Below, one piece after another: positions 59,260 through 64,000 of a stretch of DNA of 64,000 bases. Source of the DNA: Paramoeba atlantica (lineage: Eukaryota; Protista; Discosea); the NCBI GenBank assembly GCA_977017575.1, contig CDRNVI010000156.1:62001-126000 (forward strand). The letters run 5' to 3'. The translations under genes and the position numbers were made by a program. Every line of letters starts with the position of its first letter. Position 1 is the stretch's first letter. A model generated the notes under the pieces. That model was not told the origin of the DNA. It made no database searches and worked only from the letters and a program-made list of their open reading frames with translations.

Positions 59260-62200
59260 ATGGAAACAGACGGCAGGTTTGTGTTTTTGTATTCTTTGGG
59301 TTTTTCTTTCTTCTCTGGTTGACACTCTACTAGACCAGCAAAATCAACCATAGTCAACGTTCTTATCTGCGACCCTGTTCCTCCTCATGTTGGTGAGGAA
59401 GCAAAGAGGAAGAAGAAAAAGAAAGGAAAACAGAGCACACCAATTGATTCTCCTCATCAATATCGTTTAGTTTCAGGTGTCAGTCCCTCAGATGGAAGGA
59501 AAGGAAAAAGAAAAGGGAAAAAAGCCCATTCTGTTCCAAAGGTGGAAAGGAAGGTGAAGCGAAGACGCAAAGAGGACAAAACAAAACAAGAAAAGAAAGA
59601 AAAAGGAGAAGCAAAAGACTCACTCTTTCAAAGAGAGGGAGATCGATCAAGGACTCCTTCTCTTGAAAGACATTCTGAGAAACAAATCGGTCCTCGACAT
59701 CGTTCTTACCAGGAAGTTAAGGTAATTAATATTATTGTTGTTGTTGTGTTGTTGTTGTGGTGGTGGTGTGGTGATGTGTTGTCGTTTTTTTATTAATTCT
59801 TCCGTGTTTCTTAATTGTGTTTGTTGTTCAACTGAATCAATTTCGTATTTTCCTAGAAATTTGCTGAAGAAACACAAATTCAACGCTCCTCAGGTACTGT
59901 TGTTTCCCTCTCTTCTCTTAACCTTCTTTTCTTGGACTTCTCTCACACTTTGAAAAGTGTTCTTTTTTCTCTTTTCTAAATGATTTTTTATTTTTCTTTT
60001 TAGGGTTCCTCTCTTCTCAGATCGGGACATGCGATGCTAAAAGATGTCGATCTTCGTCTCCAGTATTCGAAAAAGAGGCATGTGATATCCTCCCACTCCT
60101 AGCAAATCACCCTGAAAGGTTACCTTCGTTGCCTGGACCATCACAAGATGATCCTTGGACCACAGAACATTCTTTTGATTCCTATGATGTGGATGATGAT
60201 GATGATCAAGAAGATGTAGAATCTCCTGATCCACCACCAAACTTCGAGGAAAAACATACCATTCAAAAAAAAGTCAAGTTAACGGGAATGGATAGTCAAG
60301 AAAAAAGGGACCTTCAAAAAGGAACATCGCCAATCACACCTGAAAAAGGATTATTAGTTCAACAAAAGAAAAGAAAGAAAAAATCGAAAAAGGTGTTTAA
60401 CTCGAACAAGAGGTTTGTGAGTGACCCAACAAATACGATTATTGAACCCCAACCACCCATAACCAACTCCTTGACTTTTTCGCCACCACTAAGAGGACCA
60501 AATGACCCTCCAACTGATTCTACAAATCGACAATGGATGAACTTTTTTTCTCTCGGTAAAAGGTCATCCACAACGTCTCCCCCTCTCTTGGTTGATTCTC
60601 CCTCTCCTCCTCCTCCTAACCCAAGAACCCCTTCTCCTCCACCATTTCGAACAAATTGTTCGTCATCATCATCAAAATCTACCCAGACGGCTCAACGACG
60701 AACGAGTAGCCCTTCATCGGCATCTCGAATTCCCCAATCTGTTTCACCTCGAACTGATGAAGTTCCTTTCGAAGGAGTTCCTTCTTTTTCAGGCCATGTT
60801 TCTTCGCACTTGTTAAATACAATCCCTTTGGATCTTGGGTTGCCTGTTTCTCCTCTTTCAGCTTTCAACATGCCACCACCTCGATCTCCATCACCTCCAG
60901 TTTCTCCTGTTACCTCCGGTAAAATTGTTCCAGCACCATACTCTATGCCTGTTCTCAGTTCCTCTCAAGCTGTCCCAATCCCTCCACGATCTTCGGTCTC
61001 TCAGATTCAAAAGAAAAGAAAATCGAACCTTCTGAATCGCATTCGAAAAGACAAAGACGATGGAGACAGTACGGGTGGGGAGTCTAAGTTCTCTCCTTCT
61101 CAGACAAGAAGAGGTGAAGCTGCAATCAGAAGCCCTCGATCCATTTTAAGAAAAAAGAGAATTGAACGAGCAGAGACTTCTCCTATTACAACTGAAGAGC
61201 TTGGGATATCCCCTGATAGTTTATTCTCTCACGATGGAATCTTATCATCCCCGAGTACCCCAATTGGATCTCCTCCTTCCCCTTCTCCCTCTTTCAATTC
61301 TTTCTCTTCTCCCTCTTCTCCCTCTCCTTTCCCGAATATGCCTGCTCAATCGTCCCCTCGATCATTTTTACCACAGTCTCCATCAGCATCAGGTGCACTT
61401 AATCGTTTCTTTGGTCTCGGAACGAATGAAAATGTAGCGGTTCGAGTTCGTCGTGTAAATCAATTTGATGAGGTGAAGTTTATGAGAAGTGATTATGAAT
61501 CGATCATCCAGAGTTTGGTTAAACTGTCTCTGGTTGAACGAAAAGAGTTTTTTATTGCTTCAGAACTCTTCCAAATTGATCCTGTAATTTTCTCTTCTTT
61601 TTTTTTTTTCTTTTTTCTTTTTACAATTTGAAAAACACAAAGATCATAGGACCAAATCAAACAAAAAAAGCAGTTCTTCGAAGACAGTGTTTTGATATTT
61701 CTTTTCATAGGACCAATTATTACAAACAATCGAAAAGATAATCTTTTCTTCGAGTGGTGAATTCCAACAAGAAGGGAAAGTAGGAATGGAAGGTGATGTT
61801 TTTAAAGAAGAAATTATTAAAACGGTTATTATTTGGCGAAAAACATTAGGGTCTCATTATCGTTGTTTTTTTCCTTCTCTTGCAAGGTATTCTTTTCTCT
61901 TCTTTCCTTTTCTCTTTGTTTTTTTTACTGTCTTTTGTTTTCTTTTTCTTATTAACAAAAATGTTCCTTTCTTTTCAAATAGTCAAATCGAAAACTTTTT
62001 AGATTCACTTGGGCCAAATCTTTCTCATCTTTTGGTTTTGATTTTCTTTTTATTTTAGTCACTCTTCTCCTTTCTCTTTTTCCTGATTCTTTTGTTTTCT
62101 TTTTAGGTGTGGAAAGACATGAATTTGACAATATGTGGCAGTGCTTCTCTTGTTTCCCATGTAATGACTTATTTTATGTTTCGAACATTCCAAAATGTCC

Positions 62201-63503
62201 GACCATCTGAATTCCTCGAGGGTGCTTGGGAGGTTTTATCTTCTTTCTCTTTCCTTTCTCTTTCCTTTTTTGTTTTTCTTCCTGTCTTCTTTTTTTTGTT
62301 GTTGTTGTTTTTCGATTCATTGTACTTTTTTTAGAAAGAAGACAAATACGTTCGAGCCCCAAATTTAATGGAAATGGTTGATATGTTCAATCGGCTTTCG
62401 TCAATGGTTGTTGAGTCGATCCTTTTTTGTGATGAGAGTTCACGTCGCCACATTTTGGCTTATATGATTAAATTAGCAAAGAAGTTTTTGAAGGTTTTTT
62501 TTTTGTTTTCTTGTTTTCTTTGTACTTTGTTCTTATTCACTTTCTTCTTTCTTTTATTAAAACTTACTTGACCAGATAAATAATTTTGAAGGAGTTGCCG
62601 CAGTAATGAGTGGGCTCAATCGATCTTCTATTCGTCGTTTGAAACCGTTGTGGGGGGATCTGAGCCAAAAGGTTTGTTTTTGAGATTTGATTGTGATTGT
62701 GAGTCCAATCTGTCTTTGTTTTTGTTTGTTGATTGTGGTTTTTGTTCTGTTGATTGGATCTTTGTTTATTTTGTTCGTTGTTTGTGTGTTTTTTGCTGTT
62801 TATCTTGTTCTATTCTCGCGAATGTTGGAGTTTGTGTTAATTTTTTGGACAGTTCAAACGAATATTTGAAGTTTTAGATGAGATGCTGGTCCCAGAGTTG
62901 AACTTTAAAGGTTATCGAACTTCGCTGCAAGCTGTTGAGTTCGGCCCAGTTGTCCCTTGGTTGGGTCCAAAGGTAACCTTTTTTCATTTTTTTTTTTCTA
63001 ATACCATCTCTCTCTCTTTTTTTTTCTGAATTGTTTCCTTGTAGTTGAGGGAACTCCGATTTTTATATGAAGTTCCCATCACATCTGAAGATGGTTCTGT
63101 CAACTTCTCGCATATGATGGTTCAAATTTTTATTTTAGTTTTAGTAATTGGGTTATTATTGTCAAAAGCCCTAACAAAAATTATATGTCTGATCTTTGTG
63201 TGTACAGAAAATTGGAGCTTCCATCCGATGTCTTTTAGAGTACCAGAAGGCTGATTATGACGCCCCATTTTGTGATAAAACGTTACTTCTTCAATACTTA
63301 CGTTATCGTTCGATTCCAGAGGTGAATATTTTTTTATCATTATGTTTTTGTTTGTGTGGTGAGAGTTTTTGTGATGAGTTTTGGGTGTTGCGAAGTTGTT
63401 CAAGAGAAGGGTTTTTGAATTTATTGGTCTTTTTTAGGAAGTTTGTTATCAACGTTCTCTCGAGCTCCACCCAATACCAAAAAAGAAGATGAATCAAGAA
63501 TAG
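59260..63503 (+). CDS. RasGEF family protein with a very long Lys-rich and Ser/Pro-rich N-terminus
   Basis: ORF 60129-61631 ends FMRSDYESIIQSLVKL..FFIASELFQIDP, followed by FQNVRPSEFLEGAWE, RAPNLMEMVDMFNRLSSMVVESIL, NNFEGVAAVMSGLNRSSIRRLKPLW, VVPWLGPK and EVCYQRSLELHP...QE*. Confidence 0.85.
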
Positions 63504-63539
63504 TCATCTTTCTGCTGATTAATTATTTTAACAACCTTT

Positions 63540-64000
63540 TTATTTTATTTATCTGAGATAATAGCACCAAACACAAATGAATTGTTGAATAAGATACTTT
63601 TTTGGTTTTTTTTGGGTGTAAAACAGAGCATTTTGGGAGTTTCTTGAACCATTTTTTTCGGACTGTTTTCTCCAGGAGATCTCTAAGAAAGACTTCGTCT
63701 GTCTTCCCTCGAACCCAAATTGCCTTTTGGTCGATATTGTCAGAAGTGAGGTGGTCAATCTTTATCCTCGAAATCAGTCCCGTTTTGCATGTTTTACATT
63801 CAGACCTTGGCGGATTGGGTTTGACTCCTATTGCAACTTAGTTAGTCAGACAAAACAAGAGAGGAAAAGTAAAGGTGAAGAGAGGAACCTTGATTTCAAC
63901 GATTTCAAGAACAGTATTCTTATACCCACAAACTCCGACTTTAAATCCTGATGGGGCAAAATCCTCTGTGGTTCGAAGAAGATCAAGAAAAAGGCTCTGA
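63540..64000 (-). CDS. Probable 3' part of an unidentified minus-strand gene running off the window end
   Basis: Coding-like open stretches (SEPFLDLLRTTEDFAPSGFKVGVCGY...; AIGVKPNPPRSECKTCKTGLISRIKID...) flank an intron-like segment, but I could not reconcile the splice phases or recognise a family. Confidence 0.3.

Overview
Intron-rich, AT-rich eukaryotic DNA with GT-AG introns and T/TC-rich tracts; probably a protist, possibly amoebozoan (inference). I spliced the gene models by eye, so internal exon boundaries are approximate. The window is dominated by about 13 paralogous RasGEF genes (divergent REM-like domain plus CDC25 domain, Ser/Pro-rich N-termini), one of them a deletion pseudogene. 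Two tandem copies carry an N-terminal C2 domain and a permuted papain-like (YiiX/C92-type) domain. Four tandem copies carry 4, 2, 3 and 1 C-terminal Cys7-His zinc-finger-like repeats. Interspersed genes: 60S ribosomal protein L5; a secreted DOPA-4,5-dioxygenase-like protein apparently fused to DUF4397-like domains; a kexin/furin-like pseudoprotease with no prodomain and a PA-like domain inserted in its P domain; two paralogous DFD-motif protein kinases, one with RNI-like LRRs; and an intronless secreted protein with two 11-Cys repeats. I could not support any rRNA, tRNA, CRISPR array or autonomous mobile element.
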